Shown here one piece after another: positions 1 to 11,730 of a stretch of DNA of 64,000 nucleotides; the first letter of the stretch is position 1; every line of letters begins with the position of its first letter. The stretch is from Rhynchobatus australiae (taxonomy: Eukaryota). Under the pieces are notes generated by a model. It saw only the letters and a list, made by a program, of their open reading frames with translations, ran no database searches and was not told the origin of the DNA. The DNA lies in assembly GCA_034780895.1 (NCBI GenBank), contig JAUZTB010000065.1, positions 26,115,150 to 26,179,149 on the forward strand, given 5' to 3'. The position numbers were made by a program, and so were the translations under genes.

Positions 1-1251
1 ACAATCGCAATACAGACCCAAAAACATCTTTCTGCAATCTTAACAGTAATGAATTCTTTTTAAAAAAAATAGCAAACTGTGTTACAAATTCTAGATGAAG
101 GATTTCTCATCCATAATATTACAATGACAAATACATCTGTTACTTAATGATCAAACCCTAGGTAGATGTGATAAAATCCTCTCCTGGAAGACAGTTTCAT
201 ATAATCATACATGTGGCAATTTCAGTGACAGGACAAATGGAATTTAAATAAATAATTTGGGGGACCCACACAACCCCCAACACTTGTTAAACCTGCCAGC
301 AACCCCAATTTAAATTCTTTAATAATTTGAATTATTGGGCCCGTTTTCCCCTCGTAGTTATACATTTGGCAGGGGAGCTCGGAACTGCACTCCCAGTTTC
401 AATCAAAGCTTTAGTATAAATGCAACACACAAATATCAAATTACACATGGTACAACTACTATAATCAGAAGACGAAAAAACAAATTACTTTGTTTGACAA
501 AATGTCAAGCTCAATGGATATCAAAAGAATTTATAAACCAAAAGGACCAGATACATTGTCTACTCACGACATATTAAACACTACAGAAGGCAGCATTTTA
601 TGATCCAATAAGGCTAGTGGCTCAAAAGAGTATAAAAACAAACTTATCAATAAAAGTCAATTCCTTGCTATTTAGAACCCTCAAGTTGCTGGTTGGCAGA
701 GGTGTCAGACTGGCACTAAATAGGAGGCAGAGGAGAGGGTGAGAAGCTTTTTAATTAGCTGTTTAAAATGCCAGTCAGTGCTGAACAGTTCCACATGGCA
801 TCATAGCAGTCCAGCACAAACAAATCAATATATCCAATACAAATTAGTTTCAGTAAATGAGATTTGAACATAGACTAATTAAATGTCAACTGACATCTCC
901 ACAGTGCTCAAGTATATAATGAAAAATACAGGTGGTGGTTAATGAATGGAGAACAAACGGCAAGAATAATGGAAAGAGGTCAGGAAGGGGAAATCTACTC
1001 AATGGATGTGACATAATTTGAAGTTAGGGAAAACAGGACATGTAGATGGAAATGGTAGTAATACAGGCCTCAGCTGGGGCTGGAATAGAACACAATACTG
1101 TGGATAATGTCCTTTTTCATGAAAGGTGCCAGTGACAATAGAGCAACAACATTTGGCGAAGACAAAGCAGCCATGAGATCATGGCGTCATACAGCACAAA
1201 AATCTGTGCCAACCATCAAGTACCCATTTACACCAACCCTACACTAATCCC

Positions 1252-1940
1252 AAGGAGAGATGAGTGCAGATGCTGGAATCTGAAGGTACTCAGCAGTGTA
1301 AGAACAACACCCCATATTCTCCCTGGGAAGTCTACAACCCAATAGCATGAAAACTGAATTTGGTAATTTCAGGTAACCCTTACCTCCTGTGTTCCCCTCT
1401 TTTTCCTGCTGATGCACCTCCAGACCTTCCATTGTTGTTCACTTTCCCCATATGCCCCCTGCAGCCTCCTAAAACGCATTCTTGTCCCCCTCCTAGTTCC
1501 ATCTGCCTACTTGCACACACTTCATGCACTGGATCCCATCCCTTACCTGGTTCCATCTTACTCTTCACCCCTCCCCTAATGTTTCCCATTATTGCCTTAC
1601 TTATCACATTCTAGCACTGTCACCCTTTGTATCCTTGCTTATCACCCTCCCCAGTAGCTGTCTCCACCCAACTCCTCCCTTTCCACCACCCAGCTCTACC
1701 TTATTTTTCCTCGACAGTTTCCACCCATCACCCTCCTACCCGTCTCCCAACTCCACCCCTCCACTGCCAGATTCCATCTGATCATCTCTCACCCCTCCTC
1801 AGTCCTACCGGCCCATCTCACCCATCTCCACTTAGTCCTGACGCAGGGTCTCGACCTGAAACATCAACAATTCTTCTCCTCCCACCCCCAATGCTAATCA
1901 ATATGCTGAGTTCCTTTACCAATTTGTTTTTGTTTCCACG
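1252..1940 (+). mobile_element. Penelope-like element 3' fragment inserted into a SINE
   Basis: C-terminal EQHPIFSLGSLQPNSMKTEF-like coding remnant, a C/T-rich tail and a ctgacgcagggtctcgacctgaaac motif; flanked by a ctaatccc direct repeat. Confidence 0.7.
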
Positions 1941-2210
1941 CTAATCCCTTTTTATTTCTGATGTCCAATCAGATTTGGGCTCTCACTTTACTCATCAGGG
2001 GCAATTTACAGTGGCCAAGCAAGCTAGCAACCGCACACCTTTAGGATATGAGAGGAAACTGGGGCACCTGGGGGATACCTATATGGTCACAGGAAGAATG
2101 TGCCAACAGCCACACAGTCCTGCAATGTCCACACAGCCTGGACCAGAAGTCTTGATTGAACCCAAGACACTGGAGCTGTGATGCAGTAGCTCTACCAGCT
2201 ATGCCACCAC
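1941..2210 (-). mobile_element. Degenerate V-domain SINE; its tail continues at ~1177-1251, split by the Penelope-like insertion
   Basis: ggggcaatttacagtggccaa and gatatgagaggaaactgg match reverse-complemented SINE body sequence. Confidence 0.6.
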
Positions 2211-2856
2211 ACCAGGTGATGAAGGGCTGGTTGTAAAGAATAAGCAGTATCAGAGAGAATTGTCAGAGTTGACAGGAAACATTAGTGCCAGATCACGTAT
2301 AAGAAGAGCAAGCTTAGCTGATACTATGCCTCGTACATGAGACCGTGGTGGTAGGGTGGCAGAAATCAACCAGTGAAGCTCACGTAAATCACTGAAGGAC
2401 CATAATGCTACAATTATTTGCGACCCCAGTAAAATATGATAAATTATATAAGCTTCTAACCTGTTATCAGTGAAATCTCAATAAACCGTTATGATGATTT
2501 ATTTTAGATTATTTTTTGTGATTTTGGCTTCCCTGTCAACAACAACATGTATTGCCCATCCTGAATTGCTGTTAAGATGATGAAACTGCTGAAACTGTTG
2601 TTGGATAGTAAGTTCTAGGACAATGAAGGATTTTTGATACATTTCCAAGACAGAATGGTATATCACAGAAAGGAGCCTGCTAATATGGTGCTTCCATTCA
2701 CCTATACCCTTACTCTTCTTGGTGATAGAGATGACCAGCTTAAGTTGGGCTACTGGAGTAGACTGGGTGAGTAACTGCAGTGTATTTTGTACTTGACACA
2801 CACTATCTACTTGGTGTCAAGCTTCTTGAGCTGTTAGAGCAGCACACATCCAAACG

Positions 2857-3150
2857 GCAGGCACGTTAGTGTAGCGGTTAGTGCAATGCTATTACAGAGC
2901 CAGTGACCAGGGTTCAATTCCAGCCACTGTCTGTAAGGAGTTTGTATGTTCTCCCCATGTCTGCGTGGGTTTCCTCTGGGTGCTGCTGTTTCCTCCCACA
3001 TTGCAAAGACGTACGGGTTAGGAAGTTGTGGGCATGCTATGTTGGTGCTGGAAGCATGGCGACACTTGCAGGCTGCCCCCAGAACACTCTACGCAAAAGA
3101 TTCATTTCACTGTATGTTTCGATGTACATGTGACTAATAAAGATGTCTTA
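2857..3150 (+). mobile_element. tRNA-derived V-domain SINE (HE1-like)
   Basis: A-box-like tagtgtagcgg, B-box ggttcaattcc, and V-domain ggagtttgtatgttctccccatgtctgcgtgggtttcctc. Confidence 0.85.
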
Positions 3151-5900
3151 AGTAGAGAATATTCCATCGTGCTTTAGATTCGGGCTTTTAAAGACATCAG
3201 CAGATGAGTCACTCGGTACAGGATACCCAGTTACTGAAGTCATCACATTTGAGTTAATACTGTTGAGTTTCTGGTCAATAGTGATTCCCATCATCCCGGG
3301 ATGACACTGGAGGAGGATTCAGCATTGGGAGTGTCATTGAATTTTGTAGGCAGATAGTTGGACATAATCATTGTCTGAAGTACTTTATTTGCTGAGGAAC
3401 TGCTTTTGGAATTGAATATTATGCAATCTGTGAACTTCTCTTCTTCAGACCTTATGGTGGAATGCCAGTCATTGAAGCAGCAATTTTAGATAGTTTAACT
3501 AGTACACTGTCTTGAGGGACCTCCTGAAGCAATGTGCTGAAAGGAAATGACCGAACTCCACAATCACAACCATTTCCCTTTGCACAAGGTATGATTCCAG
3601 TCAATGCAGTGCTCCCTCCCTGGTGCTCATTGACATCAGGCAGCATGATCAAGAAGCTTTAGTAAAATCGATGTCAAATTTAGTTACTCTCACCTCTGGA
3701 ATGCAGCTCTGAAGTTTGGAGACAAATGGTTCTGACAAACCCAATTTAGCATTGATGAGTAATTTATTGGAGAGTATGTTGCTTAACAGCACTGTCAACA
3801 ACAGCTTGTCACTTTGCTGATGACCAAAAGTAGACTTATTGGGCAGTAATTAATTGGACTGGTTTATATTCTGATTGTTGTGTGCAGGACACAAATAAGT
3901 AATTTTCCAAATTGTTGCAGAGATGGTGTTGTAACTGTGCTGGAACTACTAGTCTAGGGGTGCAAATTTTCAGTGTATCCATTGTCTTTGCTCTGTCCAG
4001 TGCTGTCATCCATTTCTTCAAGTGAATCAAACTGGCTAAAGACCAATTACTGTGACGGGATGGTGATGTTCTTAAAGTCTTTTTCTGTTGCTTGTTCACT
4101 ACCATTCACAACCAGTTCGGCCACACAGCTTTGATCAAATATGCTGTTGTAGAATTGCTTCTGTCTACTGCACACTTAGTTTTTACTATTTATTACCTAC
4201 NNNNNNNNNNNNNNNNNNNNNNNNNNNNNNNNNNNNNNNNNNNNNNNNNNNNNNNNNNNNNNNNNNNNNNNNNNNNNNNNNNNNNNNNNNNNNNNNNNNN
4301 NNNNNNNNNNNNNNNNNNNNNNNNNNNNNNNNNNNNNNNNNNNNNNNNNNNNNNNNNNNNNNNNNNNNNNNNNNNNNNNNNNNNNNNNNNNNNNNNNNNN
4401 NNNNGGTATGGAGGTGGGACATGGTCTTCACATTGACGACGGTGGTTGCTGCTCTTACTAATACTATCAAGGACAGGTGAATTTGCAACAGGTAGAATAT
4501 GAGGAAGTAGTAGGATACATTCCTCATGTTAGTTCACTCACTACTGTCACAGACCAAGTTTGCCAAATTACACCCTTCAGTACTTGGGCAGCTCAGTCAG
4601 TGGAGGTGCTACCAAGCCACACTTGGTAATAGACATTGACATCTGCCACCCTGTACATTCTCTGCCTTTGCTATTTTGTGATGTTGTTCAGGATGGTAGG
4701 TCAGGTTTCCTTTCCCACTTTTAACCTGATACCTTGAGACTTCATAAGATCTGAAGTAAATCTTCAGGACTTCCAAGGCTATTCTCTTCCCACTATATTA
4801 TCACCTTTTGAGGGCTCGTCCTACCAGTAAGATGGACTTATGATGGGGAAGTTTGGCACATTGTAAGCTATGGTGCATTGGATACAATATTCCAGGCTGT
4901 TGCTCGACTAATTTGTGGAAGAGCCGTCCCAAACATTCATAAGGAGAAATCTGAAAAGTAAACTGGACTCTACGAATTTAATGTCTAGGTCAATGCTGGA
5001 TGGTCCATTCAGTTTTACATTTGTTTTTGTTTTAACATGGCAGTTTGATACAAGTATGTTTCTTCTGAGGCCACTGCAGAGTGTGGTTAAGGGCCAACCA
5101 CACTGCTGCAGGTCTGGAGTCACCTGGTCATGTTCTGATGGCAAATCTCCCTTGAAGGGCATTACTGAATCAGGTAGGTTTTTAAAATCACAATCACTGT
5201 TTCGTGGTCATCACCAATGAATAGCAGTTCCAATGCAAATTCATGATTTTACCCGAGTTTAGTGCCATGGTGAGACTTGAACTCATGTCCTTGACTTATC
5301 GGTCCAATCCCCCAGGTTTCTATCCCAGTAAATCAACCACTGCATCATCACTGTATCCAATGAAATATACACACACAAGTAAAGCACAACATCTTCCTTC
5401 TCTTACCTGGAGTACAAATACTTGATGTTCATTGCATCACTTTTTCAGTAGAGAAAAACCTTCTAAAGAATACAGAGGCAAAACTTGCTGCCAGCAGTGG
5501 CCCACTAACCTAACTGGGAAGTACAATTTTACCTTCTGCAAGTCCAAAGCTGACAACTTGCTGGCAAGGCCTCAACCCTAAATTACAAGATGTTGAGCGG
5601 GCACAGAGCCTTGCAGGACATAATGCCAAAGGAAGGGGCTGGGGTGAGGTGGCAAGAGGTAGTTAAGATAAGCCCTGCCCCACAAACTACCCTACCATTG
5701 TGCTGAGGTATCACACTCACTTATAATTCACCAGACAGACCGATCACATAATCAAAACCTATTCACTTGGGTGGGAACTTCCCAGCCTGGAGTTTTTTCT
5801 TTAAATTCAAACATGCTTCACTTTAATGATTTGAATTATTCATCTGTTTTAATTAAAGATATATTTAAGTGAAGAAAATGAAAGTTCTTAATGCACGGCA

Positions 5901-6140
5901 TGGGGTGGCACAGTAGCGTAGTGGTTAGCGCAACACTATTACAGCGGCAGCGATTGGGGTTCGATTCCCGTCACTGTCTGTAAGGAGTTTGTACGTTCTC
6001 CCGTGTCTGTGTGGGTTTCCTCCAGGTACTCTAGTTTCCTCCCACATTCCAAAGACGTATAGGTAGGTTAATTTGGGGTTTAAAATGGGTGACAGACTCG
6101 TTGGGCTGGAAGGGCCTGTTACCATGCTGTAAATAAAATG
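5901..6140 (+). mobile_element. tRNA-derived V-domain SINE, second copy
   Basis: tagcgtagtgg and ggttcgattccc boxes with the same V-domain as 2857-3150. Confidence 0.85.
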
Positions 6141-8499
6141 TAAATTTTTTAAAAATTAATGACATTTTTAACAAAAACTTGTTAATACCCATTTTAATAA
6201 TTGTTGCACATCTCTTAAATTACAGTAAATAAAAACTAAATGTTGGAAGCGTGATATAAAACAAAATACTGGAGAAACACAGCAGCTGTAGAAAGAGAAA
6301 CAGCGTTAATACTCAGGTCAAAAGTAAAGGGTCATTGATTGGAAGCGCTGTTTCTTTTCACAGCTGCTGTCTGACCTGCTGAGTGTTTCCAACATTTTCT
6401 TTGGCAGGATACAAAGATATGTTCCAACTTTGCCTTCAGTCAAATCTTGTCGGGGGTTCCAGGGGCAGGGTCGCAGTAGTAGTCTGCCCAACAACTACTA
6501 ACTGCTCGAGCCCTCATTATATCTTGTAAGGTATCTCCTGGTTTGCTCTCCACAAGAAAGTGAAGGCAGGTGGTGCAGTGTCTAGCTTGATTTGGCCCAA
6601 ACAAGCAATTAAGATTTCTAAAAATGTTGATAAACTAAATTATTCTTAGCAAGAAAACTAAATTATTATGCCCTGCACAACTATTCCTCCAATACTTGAG
6701 TCCAATATTAAAGAAAGGTCAGGAAATTGCCAGTGAAGATAGATCAACCAGCTTGGGACTTGCGTGGTAATCCTGAACTAGGTGGCACAGTTGGCGAAAT
6801 AGCAGCAGAACATTGCAGAATTGCAGTTATTTCCCAGCTAGTTCCAGCCCATGACTACTTTATTCTTCTGAAAGCCAAATTGTCCATAATGTTATCATGC
6901 CTCAAGGAAGTTTTTTGAAAATAATGGACTACAAAATTAAGGTTGCCAAAATTTATTGAGTTGTACATTTATCTCAATGCAATATTGTTTTTAGTGCAGA
7001 ACAGAAAGTTTAGATGCAAGTCCCAATCTGTCTACTAAGCATATTAAAGTCAAACACCGAGCCGAACCATGAAAAATGCTGGAGTCAAATATTCAGTACA
7101 GGTTTCAAAAATGTAGTCATTTCACAATTTTTCTACCCNNNNNNNNNNNNNNNNNNNNNNNNNNNNNNNNNNNNNNNNNNNNNNNNNNNNNNNNNNNNNN
7201 NNNNNNNNNNNNNNNNNNNNNNNNNNNNNNNNNNNNNNNNNNNNNNNNNNNNNNNNNNNNNNNNNNNNNNNNNNNNNNNNNNNNNNNNNNNNNNNNNNNN
7301 NNNNNNNNNNNNNNNNNNNNNNNNNNNNNNNNNNNNNNNNNNNNTTACAAAAGGCTACATGCATGGCTAGCAAATCAAATTATTAACTTGCATAGTCCTG
7401 AAAATATTTCAGACATTTTAAAATCAGTTAAACTTCGGTTATGGAGGTTCAGGAGCAGTGGATGGTGTAAACATGGTTTTAAAATTCTTATCCTGTGGTC
7501 TCGCTGCTCCAGTGTTATGATCTCTTTAATCTTGAACTTATCTAGGCTCCTCCAACTCTGACCTTTTGAACATCCCTTAACTATCTGTTCCAATAGCTAC
7601 TGAGGCGTTAAAGCTTTGGAAATACCTCTCCAGAACTCCATCTTACCTTCTCTTAAAGTACCTCTTAACACTTAACTGGCATAGCTTTTGGTCATCTGCT
7701 CCAATGTCATTTTTATCAGGTCAACAGTGCTTATGTGAAGGACATTTTTTGCCACATTAAAGATTTTAAATAAATAGAAGTTATGCTTTCACTGCATTTT
7801 TAAAAGCTTGCCTTAAAACTATTAACAATTTATAAAATACACAATTTGCTCACATACTAAATTCTAACTATATATTTCTTCATATAAAATATGACCTTAA
7901 TTATCATCAATTATATATTCCAATCAGGTCACACCAGTGTAAACATACTCTTAATTTGCACAATGGATTTTGTACTTTTCATCAGTGACCTAAATTATAT
8001 TGTTCAATAATAAATCTGGTAACTTCTGTTCTCCCTATTACTGTTTCACCTATTCCATCATGACCTGCATCCAAGCAGTAAGCTGCAAACTCTGCCCAGG
8101 CATACCTTACCATATTTGGAAATCAGCCGGGTAGCCAGTTTATCCACGACGGAGCTTGTCTATACCTAGAAAGGGCACAACTGAACAATATTCTAACCCT
8201 TCACATTTTAACAAAACAGTACTTGAAAACTTCAGAATACAAAATGAGCCTGAGACGAAGGCCACACAAGCTTTCTAAATTTTTCAGGAAATAACTGTTA
8301 CATGTAGTAGATGGAAACAAGTCAAAACACACATTGTTTACAGTGCAGCAGATTAACATTTTTATGGGTACTTTTAGAAATATTAGCTAAGATTAGAACC
8401 CACGTAATGAGGATTGATACAAGCGCACTTAATAATGATAAATTATTCACTCAGAATATTATGGCAGAAGATTAACTATTTCACAATCAATTTAATGTG

Positions 8500-8870
8500 A
8501 AGAGGCACCTCAAGCAACTGGAGAGGTACTGCTAATGTTGTCTCTGGAAGATCATATGCACCAAATGGGAAAACTGCTACAATAATGTAAGCATCCTCAC
8601 TAAAACCATTGTTACCAGCAGTGAAACAATTAATCTCATGCACCAACTACACTGGACCACAGTACGCAGTTGCCAGATTCTCATCGTCACAGAAAAGTCC
8701 TTTAACCTCAGCTCATGCATAATGGTTGCACAAAACATCATAAAGACAACAGATGTTGATGTCAAAAGCTGGAAGAAGCAAGCACTCAACTGGCCGCAAA
8801 TGCTGCCACATCCTCGATCAGGCAGCAGCCGGCTTAGGCAGAAAGCGCTCTACATGATGAGCTGAGAACA
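8500..8870 (+). mobile_element. Highly degenerate RTE-like LINE 3' fragment
   Basis: Remnants HLKQLERY, QLHW and DVKSWKKQA resemble an RTE ORF C-terminus. Confidence 0.4.
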
Positions 8871-11065
8871 GGAAGGAAAGGGAAAGAATGTGCTGTCAGC
8901 AGTACTGATATGAGGAAATCCAGGTTTGTTGTTCCAATATTAGATTCTGAATCATCTCAGGACCCATAAGTAAACCTGTAGCAAAGATCATCTTTGAACT
9001 GAGGGATTGCAACCATTGACAAATATATACAAGTATCAGGAAATAAAGTCTTTGTAGCTGCAGAGAAGGTTACAAATTACAAAGTATGTCACCTTACTTT
9101 TCCTCAGCAATCAATACTTCTTTTATCTCCATTAAATGGCTCAATTTCGGTCCACTATAAAAGAATTACTGGTGCACATCTTAGAGCAGAGAACTGTTCA
9201 CTTTCAGGGATTGTTTACATTGAAATCAGCATTCGCCAGTGTGATTGTAGTCAGCTGAAACGTACATATACCCTCCATCTGAAAATCAATTCTCACCTTC
9301 AAGTCAAGAGCCATATTATTGCATTTGGGGGCTATACCCTCAAACTGCCAAAGAATAGCTCATTTTTTCAAGACAGTGACTGTAAAGTAAAAATGATTGT
9401 GAAATTATGTTGTCCTCAAAACCCCAAAGGCTGAACTTCTGCTCTTTAGGAAAGGGAACCAGTTGTCTTCATCTTGAAATGCAACTCTAATCCTACATAA
9501 TGTGGTAGTTTCTTTACTGTCCTCCAAAATGGCCAAACAAACATTAGTCAATGAAGAATGAGCAATAACCACAATGTAAGGATTCATTCACTAGGCTGAA
9601 CAACAAAGGGAATATACTAATCCTTTCAAAGAACTATAAAAACATGTAAACCATTTTAAAATGTCCAGAACACAACTACATTCATACCATTACAACTTCA
9701 ACACATTGACCAAGAGAACAAAAGGCATTTTGCTTTTCATTTCTGGGATGTAAACATCACTGGCACCCCCAGCACTTACTGCCTATTCCCAATTGCCTCG
9801 GGCATTTCAGACTACAGATAAGACTCAACCACTCTTAAGTGCAGAAGTCACACTTAAGCAAAGTAAAGGCATTAACCATTTACCAAGTTAGGACATGAAG
9901 TTTTCCTTCCATAAATCACTAGTGGACCAAAACTTTTGTAACAAACTAATAGATTATTCTGTTACTTCTTTTGTTTTTAAATCCAGATTAATTTAACTAC
10001 CAGAATCTGGTAGATAAACTGGAATGGGATTTGAGTTCATCTCTCCATATCATTGGTCAGGAACTCTGAATTGCCAGTCAGGTAACAGTCTCTTAGCTTA
10101 TAAGGCATGCTGGGAGCTGTCAGTTGTATTCTAGGACCTTGTTAACAGCCTGACTGGATTCTGAAATTCATATGATTTCCTGGAATAACTGTTCTTTTAG
10201 GGGACATTGAACTATGAAACGCTGTACAGAGATGCTGTTCAACTATGGACTAATCCAAGGAAAGCTGGAGGGGAAAAAAACCTCCTTCAGGTAAGTAGAT
10301 TCCTTTNNNNNNNNNNNNNNNNNNNNNNNNNNNNNNNNNNNNNNNNNNNNNNNNGGCAATAACCTCTGACTTATAATTATACAACTGTCACAGTTAGAAG
10401 CCAGGTTAGATTCATCATCCCCACTTGTGAAGGTGGGATTCTCAGTATGGCTGACTTGACCAAGCATCTCTAGCTCATGCACAAGATTCAATATTTATGA
10501 TGAATTGTAACTGAGATTTACAGTAAAGCTGTGTTCAAAGCTTACTGTTTTCTGCTTTCCTACAGCACCTTTGGTGCCTGAACCTCATGATTTATAGCTA
10601 ATGCACCTGTGGGAGATCAGAGAACTTTCATTTTCCTCTTTTAGGAAAGTTCAATGAGCCTCGATCCACTTTCATAGATCTTGAAACTGGAGGCTATGCT
10701 GGATAAATTCCAAAATAGGGAAGGTATTCCCAGCACTTTCATAAGAACTTCAAAAGTAATTTAAAAATGTTTGCCGTCAGAGAATCATAGAAATTTACAG
10801 TACAAGAGGCTGTTCAACCTGTCCAGGAGTCAATCTGCTGAGCCTATACAGTCAACCTATTGAATCTTCTCTAGTATACAACCTTTCATTCCAGAAATCA
10901 AGCCTCTGATAATCTGCTACCCAATTGTTTTGAAATCCCACAAGGTTTGGCATCTGGCTTACTGGGTGCTGATTCCTGCACTCCCTCCAGCACACTGGGG
11001 CTGTGGTTCCCACACTCCCTTTAAACTAAACAGGGACCCAGTTCCCACACTTCCTTGAAGCTCAA

Positions 11066-11250
11066 GCAACAAACAATCTGCTGGAAGAACTCAGCAGGTC
11101 AAGCAGCACCTGTGAAAGGAAAGGAATTGTCATCTGCCCTGATGCAGGGTTTCAACCCAAAATGTCGAAAATTCCTTTCCTCCCACAGTTGCTGCTTAAC
11201 CTGCTGAGTTCTTCCAGCGGATTGTTTGTTGCTTCAGATTCCAGCATCTG
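11066..11250. mobile_element. Palindromic head-to-head Penelope-like terminal repeat remnant
   Basis: 11066-11130 is an imperfect reverse complement of 11168-11232, with a degenerate ctgatgc...aaaa hammerhead-like core between the arms. Confidence 0.7.
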
Positions 11251-11419
11251 AAATTTGCTGGGTTCACTGGGAAACATATATTACACTACTGTGTAATATC
11301 TAAGAAAAAGCGAATTAAAAAAATGTTGGAATATTAATTGGAATAACATCCAACAGTCCAAGTATCTGCCAGACCAGCATGACTAAAGTCCTGACTGGAT
11401 TAATGAAGTTTTACTGTAT

Positions 11420-11730
11420 ACAGTCATGGAATTGTATAGCACAGAAATTAGCCCTTCAACATCAACATGGATGAGTTGGACTGACGCCTATCTATGGTCA
11501 TCCTGTCTGAATTAGGCCTGTATCCCTCTACTTTCTTATTCAAGTATCTGTCCAAATGCCTTCTGTATGCTATAATAATTATATTTACCACTTCCTCCAG
11601 CAGCTCACTCCATATAACCACCACCCCCTCTGTAAAGAATTTGCTCCTCAGATCTCCTTTAAATTGTTCCCTTTTCAACTTAAACCTATGCCCTCTCATT
11701 TTAGACTTCCCTCCCCAGAAAAAATATGAA
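11420..11730 (-). mobile_element. CR1-type LINE 3' end fragment
   Basis: RGHRFKL...FKGDLRSKFFTEGVV.IWSEL.EEVV is the typical CR1 ORF2 C-terminus. Confidence 0.8.

Noticed and set aside
2860-2935. tRNA-like A and B boxes (also ~5905-5975)
   Set aside because: These are SINE heads followed by a V-domain, not cloverleaf tRNA genes.
9098-9154. Possible 57-bp symmetric exon (GPKLSHLMEIKEVLIAEE) with ag/gt ends
   Set aside because: No similarity to MYPT proteins, and its phase is incompatible with the preceding exon; such matches are common by chance.
10710-10719. Isolated CArG boxes (also 33001-33010 and 61109-61118)
   Set aside because: The number seen is about what chance predicts for this base composition.
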